Below are positions 30,856-41,798 of a stretch of 64,000 nucleotides of DNA, piece after piece. Position 1 is the stretch's first letter, and the number at the start of each line of letters is the position of its first letter. Source of the DNA: Nitrosopumilus sp. (GTDB taxonomy: Archaea; Thermoproteota; Nitrososphaeria; Nitrososphaerales; Nitrosopumilaceae); NCBI GenBank assembly GCA_965204345.1, contig OZ241981.1, positions 672,001-736,000 of the forward strand, given 5' to 3'. Under the pieces are notes generated by a model. It made no database searches, was not told the origin of the DNA, and saw nothing but the letters and a program-made list of their open reading frames with translations. A program made the translations under genes and the position numbers.

Positions 30856-31579
30856 TGAATGTAAAAGAGAATTCCAAGTGTGGATTTTTGATTATTGTTC
30901 CAAGTCTATAATTCAGAGAACAAAGAGATGAAAGTGCTTTTGACCAATAGTATCCAAATGATCTATCCTGATATATCTTTTAAGCAGATTTTGTTCATAA
31001 TTAATAATCGTGAAAAAAAGCAGAGTCAGTAATTGCTGCACTTTGAGAACTCTTTGCACATGAGAGCGCTAGAATACTTTGGTCTTGCCAAAGAAAAGTC
31101 TACAGTAAGATAGTATAGCAGGCAAGAGCCGTACAACTGCATTTAGAGGTATCAAGATGTTGGATATGACATGATTGTACCATCAGGCAAAGTCAAGTCT
31201 CCCACTTGAAAAACTGACCTGAAAAATCCATTAAACAAAGTAATCCAAGTTATCAAACGTGCAAATTGCAGACAGACAAGCTATATGCAAAAATATCCTA
31301 CTGCCAAATAGAGTATAGCTAGACACAGATGCGCTAAATGCTAGGAAAAAAACTTTTCAGCAACAAACTTGGATTAGCTAAAAATATGAACACTGAAATG
31401 TCTTTACAGTAACATCAGCAATCTGATTTTCATTTGTCTTTTTTTGAGTCTAGATGGTCAAAAATCACTCTATTTTTTTACAAAAAGTAACCTGATCCAT
31501 ACTGAGAGATTGAATATGGAAAAATCCATCTCTTGCAAGTCACAGATATGTTAGGATTTGAGTCTCTGACTGCTGGTTT

Positions 31580-32566
31580 TCATCTGTTCCCAATTAACTC
31601 TAGCAGCTCATCTGGAAGGCTGCCAAACTTTTCATTGTATTCTTTGATCCTCTTCTCGGTAATCTCTGACTCTATGCCATCATTGACAATCCGATGCGCA
31701 ATTCCTCTTAGCAAGTCCAATTTTTCATCTTCGTCCCAATCTTTTTGAATATCTTCTGGATTGTCAGACTCAAAGAAGGCATCAATGGATTCAAATCTCT
31801 TTTCACTCATTTTCTTGCCAAATTCATAGATGGATTGTCTCCATGGATCCAAAGGAATGACGCAAAACTCGTCTAGCTGGAGACTGGCAACAATGTCGTC
31901 TTGGTTGAAGGATTGATGCATTTCATCATTTTCAACATTTGTGCAAAGCAAATAATCAACGTCTTCCATGATCTCATCTGTGCAAGTGTTTCCATGCAAT
32001 GTAGTTGATGCGGTAAAGAACCCGTCATTGGATGCTACAGTTACTGTATAATGAATTCCGGATTTGAATCCGCGTTCATCTATTATGAGCAGCTCGGTAG
32101 GATACTGGGAGTATTTTTTGCTAAACATTGCAAATATTGGCTCGTCAAGAAACTTTTTCAGATGTGCTGGAATCTCCTCTGGAATGTTGCATATTGGAAA
32201 TGGCTCATCACCTTTTGGAATCTTGATTTCAGAAGAGTCTCTGAACGGAAAATTACGACTTTCAATGCCGGTCTTTGGATCAGAGAGGTCAACTATCACT
32301 TTTGCGACATTCATATTCAGTGAATCAGATGCAATCTGTCCTATCTTTTCTTCCATCAATGTGGTTTGCTCACGGAATTTTTCCTCATTGCCGCTATTTT
32401 TTTGGATTGCAGCCTGCATGTTGATTTCATTTAGGAGCTCTGCATCATTTTTTATTATTTTTGTGTCATTTGCAGAAAATGTGTTACTGCTCTCAAGAAG
32501 CAATACTGTAGAAAATACCACAGCTACTATTGCAATTGCACATATTATCAAAAGCTTGGCATTCAT
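31580..32566 (-). CDS. Acidic secreted hypothetical protein
   Basis: N-terminal signal anchor; 328 aa. Confidence 0.7.
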   Translation of the reverse strand: MNAKLLIICAIAIVAVVFSTVLLLESSNTFSANDTKIIKNDAELLNEINMQAAIQKNSGNEEKFREQTTLMEEKIGQIASDSLNMNVAKVIVDLSDPKTGIESRNFPFRDSSEIKIPKGDEPFPICNIPEEIPAHLKKFLDEPIFAMFSKKYSQYPTELLIIDERGFKSGIHYTVTVASNDGFFTASTTLHGNTCTDEIMEDVDYLLCTNVENDEMHQSFNQDDIVASLQLDEFCVIPLDPWRQSIYEFGKKMSEKRFESIDAFFESDNPEDIQKDWDEDEKLDLLRGIAHRIVNDGIESEITEKRIKEYNEKFGSLPDELLELIGNR

Positions 32567-32821
32567 TTTTTATTCCAGCAGTTCATACATAATGTCACTT
32601 GTAAATAGTTAAGTCTTTTCCAATCAATCATGCTATACATACAGGAATCCGTTTTCGTCTGTGTACAGGCCAAATGCAGAGTATGTTTTTCCAATAGCAT
32701 AATTGAGAATACTTGTAACTACTCATATCATTTGATATTCCTAATCTAACTTTCTTTCTAATGACATAGAGTGCACAGAACCAACATTACTATTCTTATA
32801 TGCTGAAGTCTTTTCAGTATA

Positions 32822-33019
32822 GTGATGGCTACAAAATACAGTATACGCGTCAAAAAAGACGGAAGATTTTATGTGGGATACTCTCTAGGGATTCCTCAGG
32901 CCCGAGGGCAAGGAAACATCAAAAAAGAAGCAATAGAGGACACAAAAAAAGCCATCAAACTGTGCAAAGGCTTTTTGAGAGAAGAAAAGATAAAGTACGC
33001 CAAGCTAGTCAACGTTTAG
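32822..33019 (+). CDS. HicB-like antitoxin
   Basis: KDGRFYVGYSLGIPQARGQGNIKKEAIEDTKKAI fits the HicB N-domain pattern. Confidence 0.7.
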   Translation: MMATKYSIRVKKDGRFYVGYSLGIPQARGQGNIKKEAIEDTKKAIKLCKGFLREEKIKYAKLVNV

Positions 33020-33200
33020 GTTTGAGCCTTCCAACAAGGATGAAAGGGGTTGCAAATGCCTTGGCAACAAGTTCTTCTCATTGCCAGCCAAAAAAATTGG
33101 CAAATATGTCTATAGGACAATTTAGAAGACATATGGTTCTAGTTCTTAACACATGCCCGAGTCAAGTTTTTACGTATATTCTTTGTATAGATTGTGACAT

Positions 33201-34046
33201 ATGGATATCACAAAGGATACAGAAAATATACGCAAGGGGCTCTCAAATAGGGAAGCTGCGATATTAAGCATACTTGCCAAGGATGGCAAATCAATCATAG
33301 GATACAAGGACATCTCAAATGCCATAGACATGTCTTATCAAAATGCCAGAAAGACTGTAGAGAGATTATCCAAGAAAAAGTGGCTGATACCAGTAGCAAA
33401 TGGAAAGTACCTTATCTCGCCATTAAGTGCAGGAATGGAATCTGAATACACAGAACATGAATTTGTCATGGCATCCAATCTTGCAACAGGCAAGCAACAT
33501 TACATTGCATATTGGACTGCCTTGAACCACTATGGATATACGGAGCAGACTCCATTTACTGTCTTTGTTGCAACTACTTCGAGAATAACAGACACTAGTG
33601 TTCACGGGGTAAACTATAAGTTTATCACGATAAATAAAACAAAATTCTTTGGTACAAGGAATCACTTTATTGGAAATAAGAAAGTTATAGTTTCAGACAA
33701 AAACAAGACAATGGCAGATGCCTTGGATCATCCAGAGCATTGCGGCGGAATAGAAGAGGTTGCAAAATGCCTGTGGAATGCAAAAGACGACATATCATTT
33801 GAAAAGATTGTCAGTTACTCAAAAAAAATACAAAACAGCACAGCAATCAAAAGACTCGGATACCTGATTGACGTACTTGAGATAGATGTGCCTTTTTCTT
33901 TGTATGATCAGATGCGTGAGTCAATTGGTTCCGGATATTCCTTGCTGAATCCTAATTCAACAAAAAATAAAGGATCCAATTCAAAGTGGAGGCTGTTTGT
34001 AAACACGTCATCAGATGCCATACTTGAGGCAAAATCTACGACATAG
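33201..34046 (+). CDS. Type IV TA AbiEi-family antitoxin / transcriptional regulator
   Basis: N-terminal wHTH; YIAYWTALNHYGYTEQTP; VSDKNKTMADALDHPEHCGGIEEV; IKRLGYL. Confidence 0.85.
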   Translation: MDITKDTENIRKGLSNREAAILSILAKDGKSIIGYKDISNAIDMSYQNARKTVERLSKKKWLIPVANGKYLISPLSAGMESEYTEHEFVMASNLATGKQHYIAYWTALNHYGYTEQTPFTVFVATTSRITDTSVHGVNYKFITINKTKFFGTRNHFIGNKKVIVSDKNKTMADALDHPEHCGGIEEVAKCLWNAKDDISFEKIVSYSKKIQNSTAIKRLGYLIDVLEIDVPFSLYDQMRESIGSGYSLLNPNSTKNKGSNSKWRLFVNTSSDAILEAKSTT

Positions 34047-34085
34047 GTATTTGAAATTCTTGCCAGTAAACAGATACGGTAAGAA

Positions 34086-34520
34086 TTAAGTTTTTGTAAA
34101 GTTTTCTGCAGGGAAAGACATGTTTTTTGCTATTTCTAAATTGAGTGCACTGGCAATTTCTTTTATTCTAGCAATATTTGCAGTTTCATAATCAGTTGAT
34201 TCATATCGTTGAATTTGTTGTTCTGCTAATCCAATTAATTCTCCTAATTTTTTTTGGCTTAAACCAAGAGAGATCCTTGCCTTGATCAAAGTTTTTGGTA
34301 GTTGATCAATAGAGTTTAATTCAAAAACTGGAACCATTCCAGATTTTAAATCATCGTATTCATCAATTTCTTGTTTAAGATCAGTCATTTGACTTTGTAT
34401 TGCACTTTTTTCTAGTTCAGTTAAGGGAGTAGTATCCTTCTTTTCTAGATTCAAGAGGGTTTCTTTAAATTTGTCCAAATGAGATTTGGTTATTTTGTAT
34501 TGTCTTTCATTTTTTATCAT
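34086..34520 (-). CDS. XRE-family HTH protein (HigA-like; possibly 3'-truncated)
   Basis: MIKNERQY N-terminus; LIKARISLGLSQKKLGELIGLAEQQIQRYE. Confidence 0.8.
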   Translation of the reverse strand: MIKNERQYKITKSHLDKFKETLLNLEKKDTTPLTELEKSAIQSQMTDLKQEIDEYDDLKSGMVPVFELNSIDQLPKTLIKARISLGLSQKKLGELIGLAEQQIQRYESTDYETANIARIKEIASALNLEIAKNMSFPAENFTKT

Positions 34521-34610
34521 GATAATTCCTCCAAATCAATTGATATGATTCCCTTAGGATCACCGGATTCTTTGTCTTGTTGAAAAAAATCCATCATAGT
34601 TCCAGACCCT
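34517..34610 (-). pseudogene. C-terminal remnant of an upstream partner gene (DUF6932-like)
   Basis: ...MDFFQQDKESGDPKGIISIDLEELS* with an ATGA overlap into the HTH gene. Confidence 0.4.
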
Positions 34611-34954
34611 CAAGATTTGATTTTGGTAATAATCGGTTCCAAACCGTTCTGAAATCTCTTCCCAAGTTGCAGTATGTATTCTGTGAGGTGAATTTTCTTG
34701 TCTGTTGAATTCTGCAATCATTATAACACAACATTATTGTTGTGTTATTAAAATATAAAAAAATTTTGAACTGTCAGGCGTAAAAAACAGGGTTTGTCAA
34801 TTTCATTGTTATTAATAGAATATTAACAATATATGAAAAATTTGTGTAACTTTAATTTTTGAAACTAGATCTCAATCTTTGATACATGTAAGACTAGAAA
34901 GAATTTTCCACATTGTTCAATCTTAGGGGCTTTTCAAGTGTAATAATCTAGAAA

Positions 34955-35064
34955 CCACACTATGAGATTTTTTGATAATTGTGGTTTGGTAATTTTTAAG
35001 AAAATCATCTCTTGCAATTTGCCGTTAGATTTCAGTAATTAATTTATCAAAATTTATCAAACCC
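34955..35064 (+). mobile_element. MITE-like element, copy 9 (right two-thirds)
   Basis: TGAGATTTTTTGAT...TAAGAAAATCATCTCTTGCAATTTGCCGTT...CAAAATTTATCAAACCC; preceded at ~34910 by ACATTGTTCAATCTTAG (the second end motif). Confidence 0.7.
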
Positions 35065-35765
35065 AAAGTACAGAAACAAGAAGACAAGATTATATCATTT
35101 AACTAAATTTGCAAAACATCATAAACAAAATCAATTGATTCTATTCTGAATATTGAAAATGCTAAACTAAGAAAGAATCAAAGCGACGGAGTTTAGGCGT
35201 AAAATCACTGATTTTGATAAATAAAATAGGGCAAAACACACAAAGAAACTGATGATTACTGTACTTTTGTTCATTAGATCTAGTGTTTGGTCATTGGGTT
35301 TGCCTTCAAGATGAAAAATTCAGAAAAGAAATCAGACTTGCAAATAAGATGATATTATCAAATCTTTACCGCGTATCTGGCTGGTATGTTTGTTTGACAA
35401 AAGATAAGCACTTGTAACATAGTCTATTAGATCACATATAGGTCAACACTCAAAGTTCTCTTTAATATAACATCTTAATTGCTGACAAGAAATGAAATTC
35501 ATCATACGCTGCACAATAAAGCGACAATTATGATAGATTCAATGTATATTTACAAACTTCAAAACCATGTCACGTATTCTTAAGTGTCCATAGACAGTAT
35601 TAATGATCATGTGTTTGTAAAGATCATCCCGACCATTGGTGGATGTTCGACTCGGCGCAAAACGTTGAAATTCATGTAAAATACGTCGTTGGTTTGTATC
35701 TGTAGATTCTACCCCAAATACAATTAATCCAACAGAATATAAGATCTTATGAATTGTTTTATCTA

Positions 35766-36116
35766 TTAGAACCCAAATATTATTGAATAAACTAATGTGG
35801 TAGTAGTTATGAGTAATGCTCCAATTGGAACAAGAATCTGAACTGCATCTTTAAACCTTTTAAATCGAATATTGTTAAGAATTGTTTCTCCAAAATCTGT
35901 AAGTATCAAATTATCATTTTCACCTGCGGTTATCATTTTTTTATTTCTGTACACATCTTCATGATCTTCTCCTTCCATTTCAAAGCCATAGGACATTTTA
36001 TCTACATATTTTTGAAATAGTTCTGGAGTAGGTTTGTTGTTTTTCACATATTTCAAAACAATAGAAACATGTAATTCATCCCATTCATTCATCTCTCTTT
36101 TTTTGTCATTAATCAA
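35766..36116 (-). CDS. Hypothetical protein with C-terminal TM
   Basis: LILTDFGETIL (wHTH wing-like) followed by a hydrophobic tail. Confidence 0.5.
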   Translation of the reverse strand: MINDKKREMNEWDELHVSIVLKYVKNNKPTPELFQKYVDKMSYGFEMEGEDHEDVYRNKKMITAGENDNLILTDFGETILNNIRFKRFKDAVQILVPIGALLITTTTLVYSIIFGF

Positions 36117-36171
36117 TAATTAATCTATAATGTTGATTCTTTTTACACATATTGTTCTACTTTACAATTAG

Positions 36172-36885
36172 ATGAACAAGATAATCATTATTACTGATAT
36201 TCATAATAATTACATGACAGCAGAAAAAAAATTATTTCCAAAGAAAATCCTAACAAAATCATATTCTTAGGAGACTATTTTGATGATTTTGACGATACCA
36301 TGCAAGATGCAATAAACACTGCAAAATGGCTCAAAAAATCATTAAAACAAGAAAATAGAACACATCTGATTGGAAATCATGATTTGAGCTACATGACAAA
36401 TATCCAAATCTCAAGTGTTCATGATATAAAACATACAAACATAAAACAATTAAAGAGATCGATATTAAATGGAATAAATTATTGATACATTACTGGATTG
36501 ATGATAAATGGTTGTGCACTCATGCAGGATTCTCAAATGATTTTTTTTCAAGCAACAATGAAACAAAAAATATGATTCTATCCAAAAAATATTAGATTCT
36601 TCAAAAAAGGATTTAGAAAAAATTGATGATGAAGATTATATTCATTCATTTTTTCAGGTAGGATTTTCTCGTGAGGGCTCAAATGTAGTTGGAGGACCGT
36701 TGTGGTGTGATTATAACGAATTTGTAGATGTTCCTAGAATAAATCAGATTTTTGGGCATACTCCAAATCAATTTGTACGACACAATGAAAATAAGAATTC
36801 TGAACACCATTGTATAGATACCAAACTAAATCATTATGCTATATATCAAAAAGATACTGTGCAAATCAAATCCATATCCAGTTAA
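36172..36885 (+). pseudogene. Calcineurin-like metallophosphoesterase with several frameshifts
   Basis: TDIHN, LGDYFD, IGNHD, THAG, PLW, FGHT and CIDT spread across frames. Confidence 0.85.
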
Positions 36886-37063
36886 CAATTAGCATGGAAG
36901 AACAGCATGGAAAATATTTTAACCGATGATTGATTATTGCATTTAGAGCAAATCTTTGTTCTTGGTGGATGTTGAGGTGTCAATCGCTTTGCAGATTACA
37001 TTCCAGTCCAAAACTTGAGTTGCTTTGCAACTCAGGCTCTTATTATTTGGGAATTTCCAAATT

Positions 37064-38602
37064 TTACATGTAATACATGTACTTGTTTTTTGGTGTAGAT
37101 TCAGAAGGCATCTCTCTTAAAATTTTTCCAACCTGTCTTGAAAAATGTAAAGTAATAGGTAAATTACTTGCAAAATTTGCATTATTCCAATTTAGTTTAG
37201 TCAGAGCTAAAATTTCTGCACTAATTTTTTCAGGTAATGTATCTCCTATATGTTGAATTATTTCTAAAGGTCGTGGAACATGAGGTCCAGGATAAAGTTT
37301 CATGAATGGGATGTAGCCATTGGTATACAATAACCAACTTTTATCCGGCAATGTAATCATGGTTCCTCTTAATACTGCATGATATCCTTCTCTAAACAAT
37401 CGAATATTCCTTGATCTATTTAGTATTGCAACAAGATCAAATCTTGGAATATCTCCAATTGCTTTTTTGAAACCACTTATTTCTGCATCTTCAAATTTTG
37501 ATGATTTGTGAATTACAACTCGTGTGGGAGATCTACCGCCTGTTTGTTTTGTAAACAAATCGATTGCTGCTTTGATTAATTTTTCAGCTGCCTCTTCTTT
37601 CAAATGAGGTGCATGTCCTCTAGTCCAAGGAAATCTTTCGCCTCGAATAACTAAGCCTTCGCCTTCAGGTGTAAACACTTGAGCCAAACTAGTGCCCATA
37701 CCTCCACCATAAATTTCCTTAGCTTTGAAAAAAGATATTCCAACAAAACAGGTATCTGTTGTAAATAAAGTAGGTCTCCATAATCGTCCTCCAGATTTAT
37801 ACAAAAGTGCAATTGCTAAATTCCATGCAAATGTGGCATCATCCTGTAGTCCTTTTTGTCCTATTTTTCTCTCTTTTGCAGTAATCACATCTAGCGTGTC
37901 TGGAAGAATAAATTGTGTTAAAAGATCGAATTTCATTGCTTGAGCTTTTAGTAAATGATGAAAATTATCTGCACTAATGCTGATGAGATATCTTTCTCTT
38001 TCTTTTTTGTATTCTTCTGGCATAAAATCAAACATAGTACTTTGATCTACACTTACAAGAAGATGTTTTTTTTCAGCGTTTGATTTTTTTCGTCTGCCTC
38101 TAGTTCTTACATCTTTATCTGAAATACATAACCTCATCAATTCTTTTGGAGGTGCACAAATAACAATATTTGGAACTTCCTCTCGTTCTGCAATGTTAGA
38201 AAGATACGCAATGAAAATTTCAACACCTGTAGCAATTCGTTCTTCAACTTTTGGGATATTTTCCAGTGCTTCTATCTCTTTTGTAGTAATTGTTTGATAC
38301 CATTTTTCATTTGTGATTATTTCACATTTGAATGGATGTGATGATGAAAATCCCGGAAAATCAGGAGTCCATGTAGGATTTTTGTCAGGTCCTTCAATCG
38401 GTGTTTGTATTCTTTCAATAATTGCTTTAGTTTGTTCTATTGTTGTTTTATCACCAATTATTCCTACACGAATAGAATTTTTTGTTATTGAATATGGACC
38501 ATACAATGAAATTCCTGTTTTAGGATCAATTGATGGGAATGAGCCTCCAAAAAGAAGTTCAGGTTCTGAGACAATAGTAGTTTTAACTTCACTAAACGTC
38601 AT
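37064..38602 (-). CDS. ago: Short prokaryotic Argonaute (MID-PIWI), catalytically inactive
   Basis: EPELLFG...DPKTGISLYGP; MID NFHHLLKA...LTQ...LLYKSGG; PIWI CFVGISF, RVVIHKSS, LRGT, YPGPHVPRPL, ILALTKLNWN, PITL. Catalytic Asp positions are replaced; no N/PAZ domains. The likely start at 38602 overlaps the TIR-APAZ stop. Confidence 0.93.
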   Translation of the reverse strand: MTFSEVKTTIVSEPELLFGGSFPSIDPKTGISLYGPYSITKNSIRVGIIGDKTTIEQTKAIIERIQTPIEGPDKNPTWTPDFPGFSSSHPFKCEIITNEKWYQTITTKEIEALENIPKVEERIATGVEIFIAYLSNIAEREEVPNIVICAPPKELMRLCISDKDVRTRGRRKKSNAEKKHLLVSVDQSTMFDFMPEEYKKERERYLISISADNFHHLLKAQAMKFDLLTQFILPDTLDVITAKERKIGQKGLQDDATFAWNLAIALLYKSGGRLWRPTLFTTDTCFVGISFFKAKEIYGGGMGTSLAQVFTPEGEGLVIRGERFPWTRGHAPHLKEEAAEKLIKAAIDLFTKQTGGRSPTRVVIHKSSKFEDAEISGFKKAIGDIPRFDLVAILNRSRNIRLFREGYHAVLRGTMITLPDKSWLLYTNGYIPFMKLYPGPHVPRPLEIIQHIGDTLPEKISAEILALTKLNWNNANFASNLPITLHFSRQVGKILREMPSESTPKNKYMYYM

Positions 38603-40016
38603 TGTACTCAACTCCTTTGACATCTTCGTCCAAGTCTTCATCAGTAATTATTATTTCTGAATCATCTTCTTCTTCAATTAGCGGTGGAGGTTCTTCAATT
38701 ACGTCCGGAAGTGGTTTATGATCCCCAAAAACACCATATGACGTTTTGAAAGATAAAGGTCTGAAATTAATTTCAATAGGAGTATCCACAGATCCCATTG
38801 TTATTTTTGTTCCATCTGACAAAACCCACGCCCAGAATCTCATCTCATCGAATTCAATATCATTTTTTAAACGTGATTGCAGTCGGGTACTCAATACTGA
38901 ACGTCTTTTACCCTTAATCAAAACAGAACCATCTATTGAAAATTCCCATCCTGATTCAATTTGTAAAAATAACTCATTTCCTAAAATTTGAAATCGTAAT
39001 CCAGCTGCTCTATGTCTATAAAAATAAGTTGTTAACTCACCTGTTTCTTCATTTTTCTTGGAATATGGAATAATTAATCCACGTTTCCCTTTTCTGACAT
39101 GTGCAGTCCAAGAAAGTTTTTCATTCGTAATGATTTTTTTGTCTCCATAGAACTGTTTACTAGTTTTGTCAAAATACAATCCAATCTTTCGAGTAAATCT
39201 TTTTGTTTCACTAGACAAAAGATCAATAAGCCATCTTGATTTATCATCATGACTGAACCATTCTTTTACATTGACAGATTTTATTTCATGTGTATCAACA
39301 GCTAACCGTAATTTATTTACGCCTTCATTTAAATTTGAAAAAGTATACAAATATTTTTCTCGTAACACAAATGGTTCAATATCATTTCCAAGTTGTCTAT
39401 ACACTGCACTTTTTTCCCAAAATATTGTTGGTGCAGCCCAAATTACTGAAGGTAACTTTGTTACAGCAAATAAATTTGTGTGAATCACCTCATCTATTTT
39501 GTCTGGTAATGATGTTGTATTTTCTAAAAGTAGTGAAGGGCCAGATTCTGTAACTATCTTACTGCCAGGTGTTTTTCCACCTCTAGGTAATGGTTCACCT
39601 CTTATTGTACTTAGTAATCGTTGCATTTCTGTTTTGAATTTAGATTTTTCTCGCAAATCAATTCTATTTCGTATTGCAAGTAATGGTGGAACTTTACATG
39701 GTTTTACAAGTATGGGTATTACCCGCCCTAATCTACCAGAAGGATCAGCAAGTAATGATGCAGCTCTTTCAGCAATAGGCCATTCAGCATTTAGTGCTTC
39801 AGGGGACAATATCAAAGCAAAGAATTTTGCTTTTTTCAAACCTTCATCAACACTATTGATAAAATTATCTCCAGGAACAATATCCCATGGAGCAAAGAAA
39901 ACACGAATATTCCTATCATCTATTTTTTCATTTTCCAGATATTCTCCTATCTTTTTAGCAATTTCTTTATCTGCTTGATTATATGAAATGAATATGTCTT
40001 TTTCTCTTAAATTCAT
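38592..40016 (-). CDS. TIR-APAZ protein
   Basis: TIR: DIFISYNQAD, VFFAPWDIVPGD, LILSPEAL..EWPIAE (catalytic Glu position), VIPIL, RIDL. The ~300-aa C-terminal region starting HTNLF is inferred to be APAZ from its position next to a short pAgo. Confidence 0.88.
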   Translation of the reverse strand: MNLREKDIFISYNQADKEIAKKIGEYLENEKIDDRNIRVFFAPWDIVPGDNFINSVDEGLKKAKFFALILSPEALNAEWPIAERAASLLADPSGRLGRVIPILVKPCKVPPLLAIRNRIDLREKSKFKTEMQRLLSTIRGEPLPRGGKTPGSKIVTESGPSLLLENTTSLPDKIDEVIHTNLFAVTKLPSVIWAAPTIFWEKSAVYRQLGNDIEPFVLREKYLYTFSNLNEGVNKLRLAVDTHEIKSVNVKEWFSHDDKSRWLIDLLSSETKRFTRKIGLYFDKTSKQFYGDKKIITNEKLSWTAHVRKGKRGLIIPYSKKNEETGELTTYFYRHRAAGLRFQILGNELFLQIESGWEFSIDGSVLIKGKRRSVLSTRLQSRLKNDIEFDEMRFWAWVLSDGTKITMGSVDTPIEINFRPLSFKTSYGVFGDHKPLPDVIEEPPPLIEEEDDSEIIITDEDLDEDVKGVEYNDV

Positions 40017-40232
40017 AAAATTATACCTCGTATATGCTTTTTATGAGATTTGTATTCATTTAGGAGTGTTATGACCATGAGATCACTTATTCTATTTTAG
40101 ATCCTCAAGTATTGGATCGATCAATTCTGTTAACAATGTAGTGAGATCATTTGATCCAACATTCATCGTACTGTTACAATAAATTTCGTAAGGCATCAAA
40201 TCAAGGTAATTGTGTAATTACCTAAATCCAAA

Positions 40233-41336
40233 TTAAGAACCTTCATTATACAGCCTCAATTTTTCTTTAATGCTTCTGGCGTCTGCCTTTATCTCTTTTG
40301 TCCTCATGGCCTCAAGCAGTCTTATTGGCTCATCTATTGTCTTTGTTTTATGTGCAACTATGCTGCGTAATATGCGCAGTATGCCAAGTATCTTGCCGCC
40401 AAACTTGTACTTTCGTGCAAGAAACAGCAACACATCATAGTTTATTTTTGGATTCTTTGCGATAATTATTGGGATGGCCTCCATTCTTCTTGCATTACCA
40501 TGAAACATTATTGATGATATTACATACTCTATGCAAAACAGTTTTCCTTGTTTGACTGTGGGACCTATCTCAGTATATCCAAACCTTGCAAGATTGAACA
40601 CAATGTCTTCCTCAGGTATTTTGGCAGGGTTTATCTCGTGTAAAATTGCAGATATCTTGATTCCTTTCTCTGTTATGCTTTTTACTTCCAGCCAAAAGCC
40701 CTGGGGATGCAGTATTGCAATTTTGTTGTGTAGCATCTCCCTAATCGTGTTGTGCTCATTTGATTTGAGCAAGTCAGCAAACATTTTATTTTCCAGTGTA
40801 AGGTAATCTATCCTTATGTTATGCATTTGTTGTAAGGTTTCCATTATTGTATGAATTCCAATCTTTGTCTCTTCAACTGCCTTTTTGTTGTCGGATTTTT
40901 TTAGATGAATCAGTACTTCTGCTTTGTTTAGCCTTGTGTTTTTTTCAGGATATATTAATAGTACGTGGGATATCAGAGCAACATTACGCAGATGCATGTC
41001 AATTTTTAGCATGAGCATCTGCATCTCTTGTTTTCCTTTCAGAAAATCATGCTTGCGCTTGAGCTCCATCTCTGCAAGCATACCAATTATCATATAGTTA
41101 TCAAAGTTAGGCGATACCAGCAATGACCTGCCAGCCTTTGTGAGCATCAGAATTTCTTCTTCTCTGTCAAGTTCCTTGATCTTTTCATGTATGTTGGCAT
41201 AATATGCTCTACCATGTATTTGATCTATACTTTTTGTAATCTCATTGATAGACATGGGGATGCCCAATCTTCTTGACAATATATCCAGTATTCTGTATGT
41301 TGCTTCATCCATTGTTCTTACTATTATAATAATCAA
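40233..41336 (-). CDS. wHTH-containing hypothetical protein (likely start 41312)
   Basis: YRILDILSR...MSINEITK...YYANIHEKIKEL...LTKAGRS wHTH; the middle region loosely resembles a degenerate nucleotidyltransferase fold. Confidence 0.65.
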   Translation of the reverse strand: MIIIIVRTMDEATYRILDILSRRLGIPMSINEITKSIDQIHGRAYYANIHEKIKELDREEEILMLTKAGRSLLVSPNFDNYMIIGMLAEMELKRKHDFLKGKQEMQMLMLKIDMHLRNVALISHVLLIYPEKNTRLNKAEVLIHLKKSDNKKAVEETKIGIHTIMETLQQMHNIRIDYLTLENKMFADLLKSNEHNTIREMLHNKIAILHPQGFWLEVKSITEKGIKISAILHEINPAKIPEEDIVFNLARFGYTEIGPTVKQGKLFCIEYVISSIMFHGNARRMEAIPIIIAKNPKINYDVLLFLARKYKFGGKILGILRILRSIVAHKTKTIDEPIRLLEAMRTKEIKADARSIKEKLRLYNEGS

Positions 41337-41484
41337 CTATAATATTATAGTTTTTACTATATATATCAAATTCTTCTGACCAGACTCGAACCAACATACA
41401 CATCATTCCTGTCATCACCGCGGAGCTCTAAATAACAAGACGTCGACGCATGTCTCATTATAGTTGATGGCAAAAATAAATGGA

Positions 41485-41775
41485 TCTATTGTACGAAAAT
41501 TATGTCCGCCTAAGCTCAGGCTTCAGACAAGGAATTATTACCATATATACCGATCACGAATAATGAAGAAAACCAGACTAAAAGAAGATCAGATCAGATA
41601 CATCATACGGCAGCGTCAGAAGGGCACATGTGCAACAGTTCTGGCTCGAACCATGCAGTCAGCGCAAGGCACGTCAGACGCATATGGGCAGCCTACCGCA
41701 AGATCGGAACAATACATCCCCCCCACAGAAATGCAGGAAGATCCAGAAAAACAATATCACCTGAGGTTACTCTAA
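41485..41775 (+). mobile_element. Left-end remnant of an IS481-like element
   Basis: Shares TCTATTGTACGAAAATTATGTCCGCCTAAGCTCA and the transposase HTH start with 27629. Confidence 0.7.
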
Positions 41776-41798
41776 TGGTTTTTTGTAAATTTTGATGG

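Noticed and set aside
37064-38602. Catalytically active long Argonaute
   Set aside because: Too short, lacks N/PAZ domains, and the DEDX aspartate positions are substituted (GIS, HKS).
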